A DNA stretch of 64,000 bases from Leidyana gryllorum EB-2025a (Eukaryota > Protista > Apicomplexa). A model generated the notes under the pieces. It saw nothing but the letters and a program-made list of their open reading frames with translations. It did not search any database and was not told the DNA's origin. Below are positions 10,802-22,894 of the stretch, piece after piece (the first letter of the stretch is position 1; the number at the start of each line of letters is the position of its first letter). The translations under genes were made by a program, and so were the position numbers. Location of the stretch: positions 248,001 through 312,000 of the forward strand of contig JBLWGC010000051.1 of the NCBI GenBank assembly GCA_048772705.1, written 5' to 3'.

Positions 10802-12402
10802 GTGTTGAGATTCCCAACAGGACCCATCCCATCACATGGCGTCATCACCCAAACTACTCGGCCTGAGACCCAAGGGTCACGCGCACAACCGCGCCAAATC
10901 TCCATTTTAGGTTCTAACCTCGCTGACGAGCAAAGACCGCCTATGCTTGCGCGGAAGCTCTCCGCAACGTCGGATGTCAGCATGAAATTACCACCACGTT
11001 CCACCGTGAAACAGGTCTCGATCGATCTGGAATCTTTGCGATCAGGCCGAAGGCCGCCGATGGTACTCAAAGCCTCCCACCCTGAGGAAAGAGCGCCCTC
11101 CATATCGAGCAAGTTGGGAGACAAGACCCCACCGGTGACACCAAGAAGTGTGAAATCTCGTGCTATCTCTGGAGATTCTGAAAGCGGACTTCGCTCGTCC
11201 GTGCTTCGGCTACCTTCCTTTGATGCGGTCACCATTGAGTCACAAAGGGGACTGGCCAACCAGATCGACAGCTCGCGGACACTCTCGCGTCAGCCAACTC
11301 TCCCACGACAGCCGTCGCTGACTCGTCAGCCATCAAAAGCAGCATCAGTGCATCGGAGCGGCAAGTCACCTCTCTCAGGAGATACCGAATTACCATCTGT
11401 GCGGGCCACCCCCACTGCTACCAAACCTTCTCCGAGGCTATCCGTGACCACCGTCGGCGATATGCGGACTTCAAATGTCACCACCCCCCAGACTCTCAAA
11501 AGGTCAAGGCTGCGGGCATCTCGGCCGAACGAGGATCCGACCGCCACTGCCCTAAAGTCTCCAAAGGTTTTTGATTTCGCAGATACCCCCTGCTACCGGT
11601 CTGTGGCTGAAGTAAGTGTTCGTCGTCATTCATTATCTCGCTCGCTCGGTGCAGGAGTTGAACGCGGACACGAGTGGCAAGCCCAAGACCCCCACCGCTG
11701 CCTCCAAGACCCTCACAACCGTAAGGATTAGGTGGATAGCGACACCTTTGTTACTGGAGCATCTGCGACAGCTCAAGAGGACTGGCGATATGCTAGTGCT
11801 CAAAGGACTTCCCGTGACAATGATTCCAGTCGGACGCCACTTTGCCCGCAAACAAGTGGTCATTTACATGGATAATTCTCTACAAGTGAGTTTGGGATTG
11901 ATGGGATCACTTGTGGCCACTCTCTCCTTTACCACAGCAAATCTGGTGGGACGCTGGAAAACGGTTTTCCTTCAAGTTGCTCAACGTAAGCCGTTTGGAA
12001 CGTGAGGTTTCTTTCTGAGCACACGATTTGCGAAGCTATATGTGGCTCTCGATTGGGTTGGAATTCTTCGAACATCTCGTTTGTATCCTCATTTGGTGAG
12101 TCTCATACTAATGATAGGCGAAAATGAGGTGCCTAACTCAACAACAGGCGAGCCCTTCCATAACTTCCTTATCGGACACGGAACGACGTCAGTTGATGGT
12201 ACTTGAGGTGAGGCGGTTTTACAATGATGATTGATAATGCATTGTTTTATCGAGGCAGTTTGTTGATCATAATCAGTACCTACAACGGCAATGGATGCTA
12301 GTTGAGCCTGGTCATAGCACCGCCGAATTGGCGAGCTTACTGCAGACTGTTCGGCATTATCAGCGGCAGCAAGCTAACCTTGCTGAAGGCAATTCGCCCT
12401 AA
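10802..12402 (+). CDS. Ser/Pro/Arg-rich protein with a possible PH-like C-terminal domain; multi-exon, 5' end uncertain
   Basis: Long low-complexity ORF, then GT-AG-joined exons LVLKGLPVTMIP...VVIYMDNSLQ/QIWWDAGKRFSFKLLN/...ELASLLQTVRHY ending at TAA 12400-12402. Confidence 0.5.
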
Positions 12403-12414
12403 ATTTTTCGACTC

Positions 12415-13307
12415 ATGCCTCGGAAAAGTTGGTGCACCACAAATGATAGCTCCGAGAAGACAGAAGCCACAATAGATACATACTTGCAGGAGTCTTTGCG
12501 CTGGGATGAAGCGGACATCGCGGTTGTGGCGCCCTTCATCAGGGCTTTGTCCAAAAATGAGCCTCTCAAAGCAGGTCTTCCCCCTACTCCGGTAACAATG
12601 AAAGACGCTCTGAACTATGGTGAGTGGCTTAGATTAGTGAGTGATTTTCGTGGACCCGCCGCCGTTCAGATCGACTGCTCGGAAGCTTGATAGAGCTCAA
12701 TATTTTGGACCTGAGCCAAGAAGTGGCGACTGCCAGTTTCATTGCTTGGCTGGTCGAAGCGAAGTTGGAGACCGCTGGTCCTTTGCTTGTATCTGTTTCG
12801 ATAGGCAACCCTAGAGCCAACAAAGTGGTACCAGCCTTTCTTTCTCGAACAGAGGAGCTCTCGTCGTCGGACAAAATCGACTATATAATCAGAGTGCTTA
12901 CTCGAGGATTGACCACAGCTGCTCCCAGCCAAGCACGAGCTCTTTTTGCCGACTCTAAAATCGATCGAGCCCGTTTCATCAGACTCATCATTGCCAAACT
13001 AGAGGCCCCCTGTTTGGATGAGTCAAAACGGTTCAGACTGCAGCCATCAGATCTCGTTAACCTCTTACAGTTGACAGTGATGGGCTTTTCGGGCTCACCT
13101 TCCTCTGCGAAACCTGAAGAAGACGAAGTCCACAATCAGGCCTTCTGGACTGTCCTAAAGACCAATCTCAAGGACTACCCCAACTGCATGGCCGTGGCTT
13201 CTGCGACAGCTTCTCCTTCTTCAAGTCAGAAATCTCTCCCTCCGACCGGGGTGCCAGCCGCTATAGCTCCCGACGTTGAGCAGTTCGAGATTGATATATT
13301 GGTGTGA
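12415..13307 (+). CDS. Hypothetical helical protein, 2 exons
   Basis: ORFs 12415-12690 and 12687-13307 linked by an intron starting gtgagt near 12620. Confidence 0.55.
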
Positions 13308-13322
13308 CAAAAAAACAACCAC

Positions 13323-16300
13323 ATGTGTACGATCAATAAGCTCGGAATTCGTGGCATCCGCTCCTTTTCTCCAAACACCCTTGAAACCATCAAGTTTGAC
13401 AAACCACTCACACTCATCGTCGGCCATAATGGTGCCGGGAAAACTGTGGGTTTATTCCCCACCTACTTTTATCAATCGCGCATGTCGTCGTAGACCATCG
13501 TAGAATGTCTCAAGATGGCCACTACGGGGGAGGTGCCTCCCAGTGCCAACAAAGGGCAGAACTTCCTCCACGACCCGCGTGTAAGCCTCGCTCGGTGGTA
13601 TACTGCTTAGCACCTCCTACTCTATACTCCAGCTACTTGGACTGAACGAGGTCAAAGGCCAAATCCGATTGATCTTTACGAACGTTGTCCAAGCCGAGGT
13701 GGCAGTCATTCGTAGTTTTCAACTAACTAATACTCGCGACCGGAAAGGAGGTGTGAAAGCGTCTTTCAAAGCACTCGACGCTTTGGTTCAGCTCAAGGAC
13801 GCTGGCGGGAATCTCAAGAGCACCAGCAACAAATGTGTCGATACCAATGCCACAATCTCAAGTTTGATGGGAGTACCGAAACCCGTCCTGGAGAATGGTG
13901 AGGATCAGTCCTCACACTCCACCGACCGTCGACTCAATAATCTGAACTGCAGTCATTTTTTGTCACCAGGAGGACGGGGGGTGGCCGCTGTCGGACACGG
14001 GCACACTCAAGAAGAAGTTCGACGATCTGTTCGGTTCGTCCAGATTCACTAAAGCCCTCGATCTACTAAGCGCAATGCGCAAGAATTATACCAAGTTGGC
14101 CAAGGACAAACAACAGCACCACGAGCTCTTGGACAAAGACTTTGCGGCAGTAAGCAACAAAGACGACACCCCATTATGCCATTTGGTCGTCAGTTGAGAG
14201 ACCTGCGAGAAAAGTCTGATAGTTGTATGGCTAAAGAAAGCACTCTATGTGAAGCCATAGAGTCCCTCCTCGAGAAGCAGAATGAAGCCGAACGAGAATT
14301 GAAGGAGATACAGCAAAAGTTGGGGAGTGTTGCTCATGTAGATGCCGAGTGGAGTGTATTGGATCGACAAGTCAAAGAGTAAGACATCAACTTTAGAGGT
14401 GGACAAGAAGCGCTCCCGACGCCACAGGTGTACTCAGAAGCTCGAGACATTGGAGGCGTGCCTTGATGAACAGTATGACGAGACCCATGAGGAGCTAAAG
14501 ACGATCAAAGAGTCGTTTGCCGAGCAGAGTGCTACCGATGATCAGGACTTGACAACTGCCCGGTCCATGTTGAAGGAATGTGAGGCCAAGTTGAGGTCGG
14601 CGACTTCCACGAGAGATAGTTTACAACAAAAGGTACGCAAGCAGCGCCGCGCCTCCTCCCTAACGAACGACTGTTGATAGAGCATGGATTATGTTCGCGC
14701 TCAAGAGCGACTGGTGGCAGCTCAAGAACGATTGGCGGCATTGTGTCACAAAGCAGACGAGATCGTTGAGAGTGACGACACCGGAACTCTTTCGAGCGCC
14801 ATCACCGGCCGCCTCAGCACCGCAACGACACAAAAGGAGAGACTGCGGCTTGTTAGGTGAGCTATTTGTTGAGTGCCCAATACTCCTTCCCGCCCCCACC
14901 CCCGCCAGTGCCCTCCAATCGGCTATCAAAACAATGGAGAAAAGAGCAACGGACCAGCTGAACATCAAGCTGCAAGCGCTCAAAGACAAAATCAAGACAT
15001 TGGAAGACGAACTAACGAATAAAGAGGGTGAGTGGGTCAGCCTCTGTGGTCGACCTCCAACATGTGTCAGCGGCGAGAAACGACTTGTCGAGCCGCCTCG
15101 CAGCCGCCAAGGCAACAGCGGAGGCCAGACGGAGGGAGGAGAATGAGCGAGACGCAGTTCTGAGAGACATAGCCAAGATCGAGAAGAATCTTGCGGGCTC
15201 TGAGGAGTTGGGTGACTGGATCAAAGAGGTGGAAGAAAAGTTCGAACAGGCCAACGCAGATCGCCAGACGTACGAAGAAGAAATTGACATTGTTCAGGCT
15301 AAACTTGGTCGGCTGGATGCAGTGCGGGAGAAGAACGAGAAGTTACAGACAGCTCGGGCTCGCGTAGCGGACCTCGAGAGTCGCGCCACTGGCCTCCAGG
15401 AGCAATATTTGACGAGCGAACTTAGCACATCTGATGTGTATCTCCATCTCGTTGCTGAAGTGGGCCCTTTTGACGCGAGCACATGGGCAAGAGCTATCCC
15501 TCGAGCCTATGCCAGAGCGCGTCAGGTACAAAGCCGAAGTCAAACAGGTCTGCACCGAGCAACCGCGGACCTGGGCCAAGCCCAGAGCCGCGTGGAGATG
15601 GCACAAAAGAGGGTACGAGACACCGAGGATGACGTGAATGTCCTGCGACAACGACTGCGTGAGACGGCCGGCACCGACTCGACTCGCAGATTCTCGGAGA
15701 AGCTCGGCAGTTTGAAGGAGGAAACGGATATGGCGTTGAAAGAGTCAATGGTGGCACGCAACGCCGAAGAGATGTACTCGAACTACTTTGAGTGTGAGGG
15801 GCATCAATGGACCTCTCAATTTAATGATTGGATTTCATCGCAGATTCTATCCAAAAGAAGAAGTGTGCGTTCTGCACTCGCGCGTTCAAAGACACCAAAG
15901 AGATGGAGAACTTCAAGAGGCATTTGGATCAACGGATTCAGAAACTTCCCGCTCAGATCTCAGCAACAGCAGACGCGTATTCTGAGAAGAAATCAGAATT
16001 GGAGAAGATCGAAAAGTGAGATTGGGGGACCACATATTGCCAACTTCCTCACCTCCTTCAAACAGACTCAAAGAGGAAGTCGCGAGACTGGTCCACCTCC
16101 AGGAAAAGGAACTGCCGCTCTTGAAAGAGGAAGTCACTCAGGCAGTACAATCGCTGACCGAAGCACAGGATGTGTTGACACAGGCACAGGCTGCTGCCAA
16201 GCAGGCTGAGGTCGATGTGGTACACTACAAGACTTTGGAACGTCTCGTGTCAGACCTGGAGAGCATCGGAATGGAATCAGCGGCAGCTCAGTGGTGAGTG

Positions 16301-18169
16301 GGTAATCAATCACCGGCCGATATGACTCTCGCCCCTTTTCTCTCGCAGTGAAGTGTCGGACTGGGAGAGTGAGATACAGACTGCACTGACCCCTGGAGGG
16401 AAGATGGGTCGTAAACGAGCACGATCGCAGATGGAGGAGAGTCTCAGTATTGATGATCTTCCCCGTCTCAAAGCCACGGAGCAGGAATTGAGGACGAAGA
16501 TTCAAAAAGCGAGTTCCGAATACCGACTGGCCGCAGAGCAGTTGGACGTGAACAGGAAGAGGCAGCAAGAGTGGGCTGTTCAACGAGGGTTTCTGCGGGA
16601 CAGGAAGCAGCGTTTAGAGACAATCACGAAAGACCTCAACGAAGCGAGTGGTCGAGCATTGAGCCCCTCCGAGATGCGATCTGCCGAGGCGGATGTGAGC
16701 TTGGCAGAGCAAGCCATAAGTCAAGTCCGAACGACTATTGAAGCGGTGCGGGGCCAGGCGGAGCAATGCCGGAACGAAATAATGTTGGCCGCACGGCGGG
16801 TGGCACAGCATACCTCAGTCATCTCGTCAATGAGCCACGAATTAGCCGAGGCTCAGAGTACAATAACGCAGCTGGAGGTGGAGCTGCAAAACCACAACCA
16901 CATAGCGTCACGCCTGAACACAGCGAGCGCGGAGGTGGAACGGTGTGAGAAAGTGGTCGAGACTGCTCGGAGAGAGGTGGAAGAGGTGGAGACCCGTATT
17001 AAAGAGCGTCAAGAGATGGAAGAAACCTTACGGAAGAATCTGGAAGTTCATGAACTACGCGATCAAGTCTCCCGGTTGAAGAGTCAGCAAGTCGCCCTGC
17101 AGACACAGGCAAACTGCACCGACATCTCGGCGGTCCGGGAGGCTTGCCGCGTCGCACAAGACCGGGTGACTGAACTCCAGCGCGGCGCGTAAGTGGAGTT
17201 GCCCACATACTGGAAGACAAACTGCTTTCAGAGCTGTGAAAGAGGGCGAGAGGACCGCCAATAGGGAATGGATAAAGCAATTGGGTCAGGAAATGAGTCA
17301 TAGCAGATTTAAGGGGCTCGAGAAAGCCTTGTCAGATGCCGAAGTGGAGTGTATGACACTCGATCTCGCTGCCAAGGTGGGGCAGTGTCCTGCCACTGTG
17401 CTGTGTCTCAGCTTCATGTCTATTTATTGTTCACAGGATCTCAAGCGGTACCATTCAGCGCTCGACAGAGCCCTGATGATCTATCACACGGAGAAGGTGA
17501 GTGGGGAAATGGACGAAAAGACTGCACTCGATCGTAGATGAAGGAGATCAACCTGACGATTCGAGAGCTGTGGCAACAGATATACCGCGGCAACGATATC
17601 GAGTGCATTGCAATCCGTTCATCGACTGAGAGTTCAGACGCAGCAACAGAAGCTGTGGCAGGTGTCGCTGGGTCGCGGTCTTACAACTACCGTGTGGTGA
17701 TGATAAAAGATGGGGTCGAACTGGATATGAAGGGTCGCTGCTCTGCCGGGCAGAAAGTGCTGGCGTGCCTCGTAATCAGGCTCGCCCTGGCCGAATCATT
17801 CGCAGTTCAATGTGGTGTGATGACGCTCGACGAGCCAACCACCAATCTCGACAGAAAGAATGTGGAGGTAAGAAGAAAGAGTTCCTCCCTCTGATATGGA
17901 GCCGCCGTTTTAGTCTCTGGCTCGGGCATTGTCAGATCTGATCGAGGCACGGCGCCAGAATTCAAATTTCCAGGTGAGACACACACCGTCGTCACAGAGA
18001 CAGAAGAAAGGAGAGACGTCGTATATCACTTTTCCTCTTGTAGCTCATACTCATCACGCACGATGAGGAGTTTGTGAGCTATCTCCAAAGGTTCGATGCA
18101 TCAGACCACTTCTACCAAGTACGCAAAGACGAACATGGACATTCCACAATCCGAGCTCTGCAATTCTAA
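13323..18169 (+). CDS. RAD50: DNA repair protein RAD50, many short introns
   Basis: N-terminus [17 protein letters not shown]...[14 protein letters not shown] (Walker A); VIFCHQED Q-loop; long coiled coils; zinc hook [11 protein letters not shown] (~15860); [13 protein letters not shown] signature; LDEPTTNLD (Walker B); [11 protein letters not shown]. Confidence 0.97.
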
Positions 18170-18480
18170 AAAAGCCAGCGGGCCAGCTCCCTCCCGGCCA
18201 CGGAACCACCAACGCATCTAGTCACACTTTAGTCCTCCCCGAAGAGAAAGAAGTTCACTGGCGTACTCTCTTTCTCTCTCTCTCTCGCGGGACGACAAAT
18301 GTAACAACAATATATGATTCTGGCCATACAAACCATCCGTCCATCCAACAACTGCTTGGCCAGCTCCGATGGTGTTCGACGGGGGTCTCTCACTCCGACC
18401 GCACCGCACAGTCAGTTGTATATAGATGAGTGCAATCATCAACGTACCCTTGTCTCGTGTATATGAAGGAGGATTAATCG

Positions 18481-21094
18481 CTAGCCCATCGCCTTGACCT
18501 TCTTGGACAACAACGGACTTGCCAAAAATAATGCCTGCGACTGTCGACAGTCAATAACACCGTCTTTGGTGAACACGGCCTGTTGTGATCTGCGCAATGA
18601 GCATTGGTCGTGGGTGAGCAGAAACAAAGACCACTTACACAAGAAATTGAGTTGCTTCCTCGTGGTCAACGAACCCAAGCCATTTCACCACCTGTTCGAC
18701 ATTCAACTGATAATGAGCTCTGAAACGGGGAGGCAAATTTGAATTCCAAGTCGATCAGTGTAGGAAGTACCCACTTGCTGAGTAGAATGAGATAAAGGAT
18801 CCGAATCTTGGGCAACAGAACGCGAAGGATGCAGCGACTCAGGTGAGGAGTCTCACAATTTGGCAGTTTTTTCGCCCAACCCACTGCCTCCGCCTCTCGC
18901 ACTGCCTGAAGGGTGAATTCTTGTGAATCTGAATCGTTGGCGTTGTTCCGCGATCTCCAACGCGTCTCAAACTCTTTGACAATCTTTCGAACTGTGCGCA
19001 ACTCCTCAAATCTCTGCTGATGTAAGGAGGTCTGGTGCACGGTGCCAATGAGCTTGAACGCTCGGCAATAGTTGCCCTCTGATAGGGCTTTTCGTAATTG
19101 TGATACCCACTGAACAGCTTCTGATTCGAGCAACACGGAGTCAGCAGCTCTCAAAATCTTCCAGAAAGCAGCCTCCAAATTATTGACTGCCGCATAGAGC
19201 AGCCGCTGGGCGAGTACTTCAGCCTGAAAATACAGGATTGAAGGAGTGATGCCTCTACTTGAGAACTCACTGTGGGTGAAAAGTCGAGTTTACGCTCCAG
19301 GACCTCCATCTGTCCCTGACATTGATTGAACTGACCGAGATCGTGATAAATCTGACTGATCCTGGCATTCACAGAATACACGAAATATAGGAAGTGTGAC
19401 GAAATTCCCTGCACCACATAATCCTGGCGGATAGATCGCAATTGCTCATCAAGATATAAGTATGGACATGATCCCGACCCATCCCTCGGGGCCGCCTCCA
19501 CCCTCTCGAAGAACTTATTCAGTACATGGAAGAACGACTGATGCAATGCTTGCGGGGTTCGAACCTGAATTTGGGAGACACACACATTTTAGAAAAGATG
19601 GAAAATGTCAGCGTTGCTTACCAGGGCTGGATCTGGCGGCCCACACAGCCTCAAATAAGGCTTTTCCAGGACGGTGGACTTTCCTGCCACTTTAGCAGTT
19701 GAGGCATTTAGAGCCAACTTCTCCTGCCATGTCAATGGACGAAGTGTACCACCACCACTGGACGTTGAGTCGGTGGTATCGAGAAGAGGATTGCTGGTAG
19801 TGGTTGCTCGCGGGGAACTGAGATCGAACCGAGCTGCACGCGCTCGGCGGCGCTCCATCTCAGCTCGCGTCATTGGACCCTTCGGTGGGGCAGCGGGTTG
19901 TGGAGAATCTACATGGAAAGCCGCAGGAAGCTGATCAGAGAGAGGGATATAGGTGATCTTGGCTGCGTCGCTACTGATGGAGACTGTACGTTTCCGGTTG
20001 GGAGCAGATAATCGAGCTCTCTTGGTTGGAACAGCCTCAGAAGAGGACACAGAACTGAGAGGAGACTCGGCAGCAGCAGTAGCAGCAGGTGGCTCTTCAG
20101 TGTGGGTGGTGGAGGAGGGAGGTACCCATAGTCTTTTTCTGCTCTTACCGCCTACTGGGGTTGGAGCAGGTTGCTGATTATCGTAATAACCGGGAAGTGT
20201 TTCTGTGTATTGCTGCGGATCTTTCATTGTCCGAATCACAATAGCGGGTGTTGGTGTCTGAAGCGCTAACCAGCGCATAGCCGCACCCTCCTCGGGACCA
20301 CGAGAAACCCCTGCCACCACCATCTTGAGGAAGTCGGTGACTGTTTGCCGCCACTGGTCAGAGTTCCCATCAAAATCAGCGGGCTGGTGGCTGAGCGCCG
20401 AGTACGCGCGCTGTAACCACCTCTGCCCCAATATGCGCGTCGCTGCGTTGTTTCCAGGAATGGTGACGTCGGTGGGCTTTTCGTCCCCCCCAAACCGCGT
20501 AGCCGTCTTAGCACAGTCTCTGTTGAGTGTCAGGTTCGGGAAGGACCTCTCTTTGGCAATAAAGGGTGGAGGAGGTGGAGGGGGCGCAAAGTGCATTGCC
20601 AGAGGCTGTGGCTGTTGTTGCGCCAGCGCGGCACTCGTCATCAAAGCCATCATCTGTTGAATACGCTCTTGGGGTTGGGCGCCCAACTTTGCTTGCAAGT
20701 TCTCCGCCGCCACGTAGCCGGAGTACTCCAACAAGCCCTGCGCTACGGCCGCCGCAAAGTTGTGCCCCCCAGAAGCTGAATCGCTATGCATAGCTCGAAC
20801 CGCCGCGGTGTAGAGATAGAGGCTGTGCGCTGGGTTGGTCTCAAAGGTTTGCTGCACGCACAACTGAGCGTTACGTCGCGCCAACTCCTCCGGTGTTCCA
20901 TTCGCCATCCACGCCTGAACCTGCCGGTTTACTTCCGCGTTTCTAATGGCCTGCCACCGAGAGATGATTACTCCAGTCAACCACCCTACCTGGATATAAC
21001 GTTGGAGTCGGGGATCCCCCACACTGATCAGATTCGAGATAGAACTGCTGTTACCAGAAGCCATGTCGATTGATGATAATGGGGCTGTTAACAT
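18481..21094 (-). CDS. THP3: SAC3/GANP/THP3 family protein (LENG8/THP3-like), multi-exon
   Basis: RRRARAARF, GKSTVLEKPYLRLCGPPDPALV/RTP, YLYLDEQLRSIRQDYVVQ, VYSVNARIS..HDLGQFNQCQ, EGNYCRAFKL. Confidence 0.88.
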
Positions 21095-21134
21095 CTGTTC
21101 GGTTGGAATTTTTTCGGGCCCCCGCCCGGCACAG

Positions 21135-21150
21135 GTGCATGCACGCGCGT
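21135..21150. promoter_or_regulatory. Candidate ApiAP2-type site (TGCATGCA) fused to an ACGCGCGT palindrome upstream of THP3
   Basis: gtgcatgcacgcgcgt lies in the 81-nt gap between the alveolin stop and the THP3 ATG; TGCATGCA is a known apicomplexan ApiAP2 motif. Confidence 0.45.
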
Positions 21151-21175
21151 GTCTATACGGTTTTGGGACAGCAGA

Positions 21176-22852
21176 CTAACGCCATTTCAACCCCCCAGCC
21201 GGTGCACGGCGAGACCTCCCTCTCAAACGGTCCATAGAAGCCTGACATTCAGTGCAGCTGCTGCATGTACTAGACAGATCGTCAGAGTCGGCTCGCGTCC
21301 GTCGAGGGAGAGCCACAGAAGGATAAGAGCCAGCAAAGGAGACTGGGGTAGCTCCTGGTCCCGTCTGCGCTCTCAACACAGCGGAATGTGATGTCCTGAT
21401 TGGATATGTACGGCTGCTGGATGTTCGATCCGAGTTTTGAGGCCATTGCAAGAGAGGGTTGGGGCATCCCCAACGCTCCAGGAATGTCTTCTCACGCTTC
21501 TTCTTGGACCGACGATGTTTAGATCCGCGCTCTTTGACAACATATGTAGCGGGTGGGCCGGAAACGTGGGCAGAAGGCGCCTCTGTAATTTGGAGCTGTC
21601 CTGCTTTATACTTCTGCATGAGCACTTCTTTTCCGCTTCGAGCAACCTGTTCATCGAGTTTGGCGACTAAATCGGCTTGGCGTAATTCTGTAGCCATATT
21701 CTCCACTTGGCACATAGCCATGGGCTGTTGCGAGCTGCTGAGGAGGGCGACGTGATTATATAGTCGCGCAGCTTGCTCGGCCATGAAAGATTCGACGAAC
21801 GGACGTGCGACAGGAACTTCCACAAACTTGGGGACATAAAGAGGGTACTGTTGCTTGGTGACCACGGGTTCCAGCTGTGGAACCTCGTACTCGTGTACCA
21901 CTTCGGCCGCGTATGCCACAGGGACCTTCACAGGGACATCGACTTCCTTCTTGACTTCGACATACTCAGGATAGGGTTTGTCAACATACTGGGGAACTGG
22001 TTTATGCTTGACGACAACTTCCTCTCGAATTTCTGGCACTTCGACTTGTTTGACTATGGGGATCTCTCTGTATTGTATTTGAGGGACCTCCACGACCTTC
22101 TCCTGACGTATGATCTTTGGAACATGTTGCACCCGCTCCACGATTTCGACTTTGGGTACATGATGGACTCTCTCCTGTGTGATCACCTCTGGCACTTCCA
22201 CAATTCGGTCCACATACTCAATTTCCGGTACTTCGACTACTTTCTCCCTTATAATGGGTTTCGCAACCTCCACAATCTTTTCCCGGACGACTTGCTCTTC
22301 TTCAATTACCTCCTCTACCACGCGGCGATCTGGGACGACCACGATTTTCTCAAAGAGATCCTCCCGTACGATTTTCTTGGGGATCTTAATGCGATGCTCA
22401 GTCCATCGCTCGGAGATGACGCTGCCTCCAGCGGTCATCGAGCTAGCGGCTGAGACTTGGGAGCTTGTGTACCGGGGAGGGAGCTGGACAGTCTGTCCAG
22501 TGGGAGAACCTCCGTTGACCGACAAGTACTGATTCGACGAGGCGCCGACAATCTCGCGCGCGGTCGACACTATGTGTGGGGCTTGTTGGCTATATGTCGA
22601 GGCGTACGCATTGTTACTGCCAATAGTGTGGGCAGAGTAACTGTGGCGAACAGAGGGGGAGTAGCTGTTGTAGGCAGCGGCATGGTGATACCCGGCCTGT
22701 CCGGTCATCGAAGTGTGATGCGTTTGTCTGGTGGCATACTGACGCAGGGGTGACTCCGTAGCGCTAGGGACCTGCAAGAAAGATCCCAAAGATTGTGCGC
22801 CCACGGGACGCAGTCGGTGGGTGGACTGCGAACTGGAGTCGTCAGACATCAT
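21176..22852 (-). CDS. Alveolin / inner membrane complex (IMC1-like) cytoskeletal protein
   Basis: Val/Pro/Glu/Lys-rich repeats EKIVEV, EKVVEVPEIEYVDRIVEVP, EKVVEVPQIQY, YVPKFVEVPV, characteristic of alveolins. Confidence 0.88.
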   Translation of the reverse strand: MMSDDSSSQSTHRLRPVGAQSLGSFLQVPSATESPLRQYATRQTHHTSMTGQAGYHHAAAYNSYSPSVRHSYSAHTIGSNNAYASTYSQQAPHIVSTAREIVGASSNQYLSVNGGSPTGQTVQLPPRYTSSQVSAASSMTAGGSVISERWTEHRIKIPKKIVREDLFEKIVVVPDRRVVEEVIEEEQVVREKIVEVAKPIIREKVVEVPEIEYVDRIVEVPEVITQERVHHVPKVEIVERVQHVPKIIRQEKVVEVPQIQYREIPIVKQVEVPEIREEVVVKHKPVPQYVDKPYPEYVEVKKEVDVPVKVPVAYAAEVVHEYEVPQLEPVVTKQQYPLYVPKFVEVPVARPFVESFMAEQAARLYNHVALLSSSQQPMAMCQVENMATELRQADLVAKLDEQVARSGKEVLMQKYKAGQLQITEAPSAHVSGPPATYVVKERGSKHRRSKKKREKTFLERWGCPNPLLQWPQNSDRTSSSRTYPIRTSHSAVLRAQTGPGATPVSFAGSYPSVALPRRTRADSDDLSSTCSSCTECQASMDRLRGRSRRAPAGGLKWR

Positions 22853-22894
22853 TTACCACAAATTGATTCTTTTTCGCAACCTTAGACACATGCT

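Noticed and set aside
13323-18169. RAD50 as a frameshifted pseudogene
   Set aside because: The frame breaks I examined coincide with GT-AG mini-introns, and all catalytic motifs are intact
18170-18480. 74-aa ORF 18218-18442 and the (CT)n tract between the RAD50 and THP3 stops
   Set aside because: The ORF runs through a microsatellite (REREREREY) and has no supporting features; more likely 3' UTR sequence
19556-19565. GGTTCGAACC, a tRNA T-loop/B-box-like word
   Set aside because: It lies within THP3 coding sequence (antisense to VRTP) and has no cloverleaf around it
21700-22400. Repetitive DNA in the alveolin gene as a CRISPR or tandem array
   Set aside because: These are degenerate protein-level EKIVEVP repeats, not nucleotide repeat-spacer units
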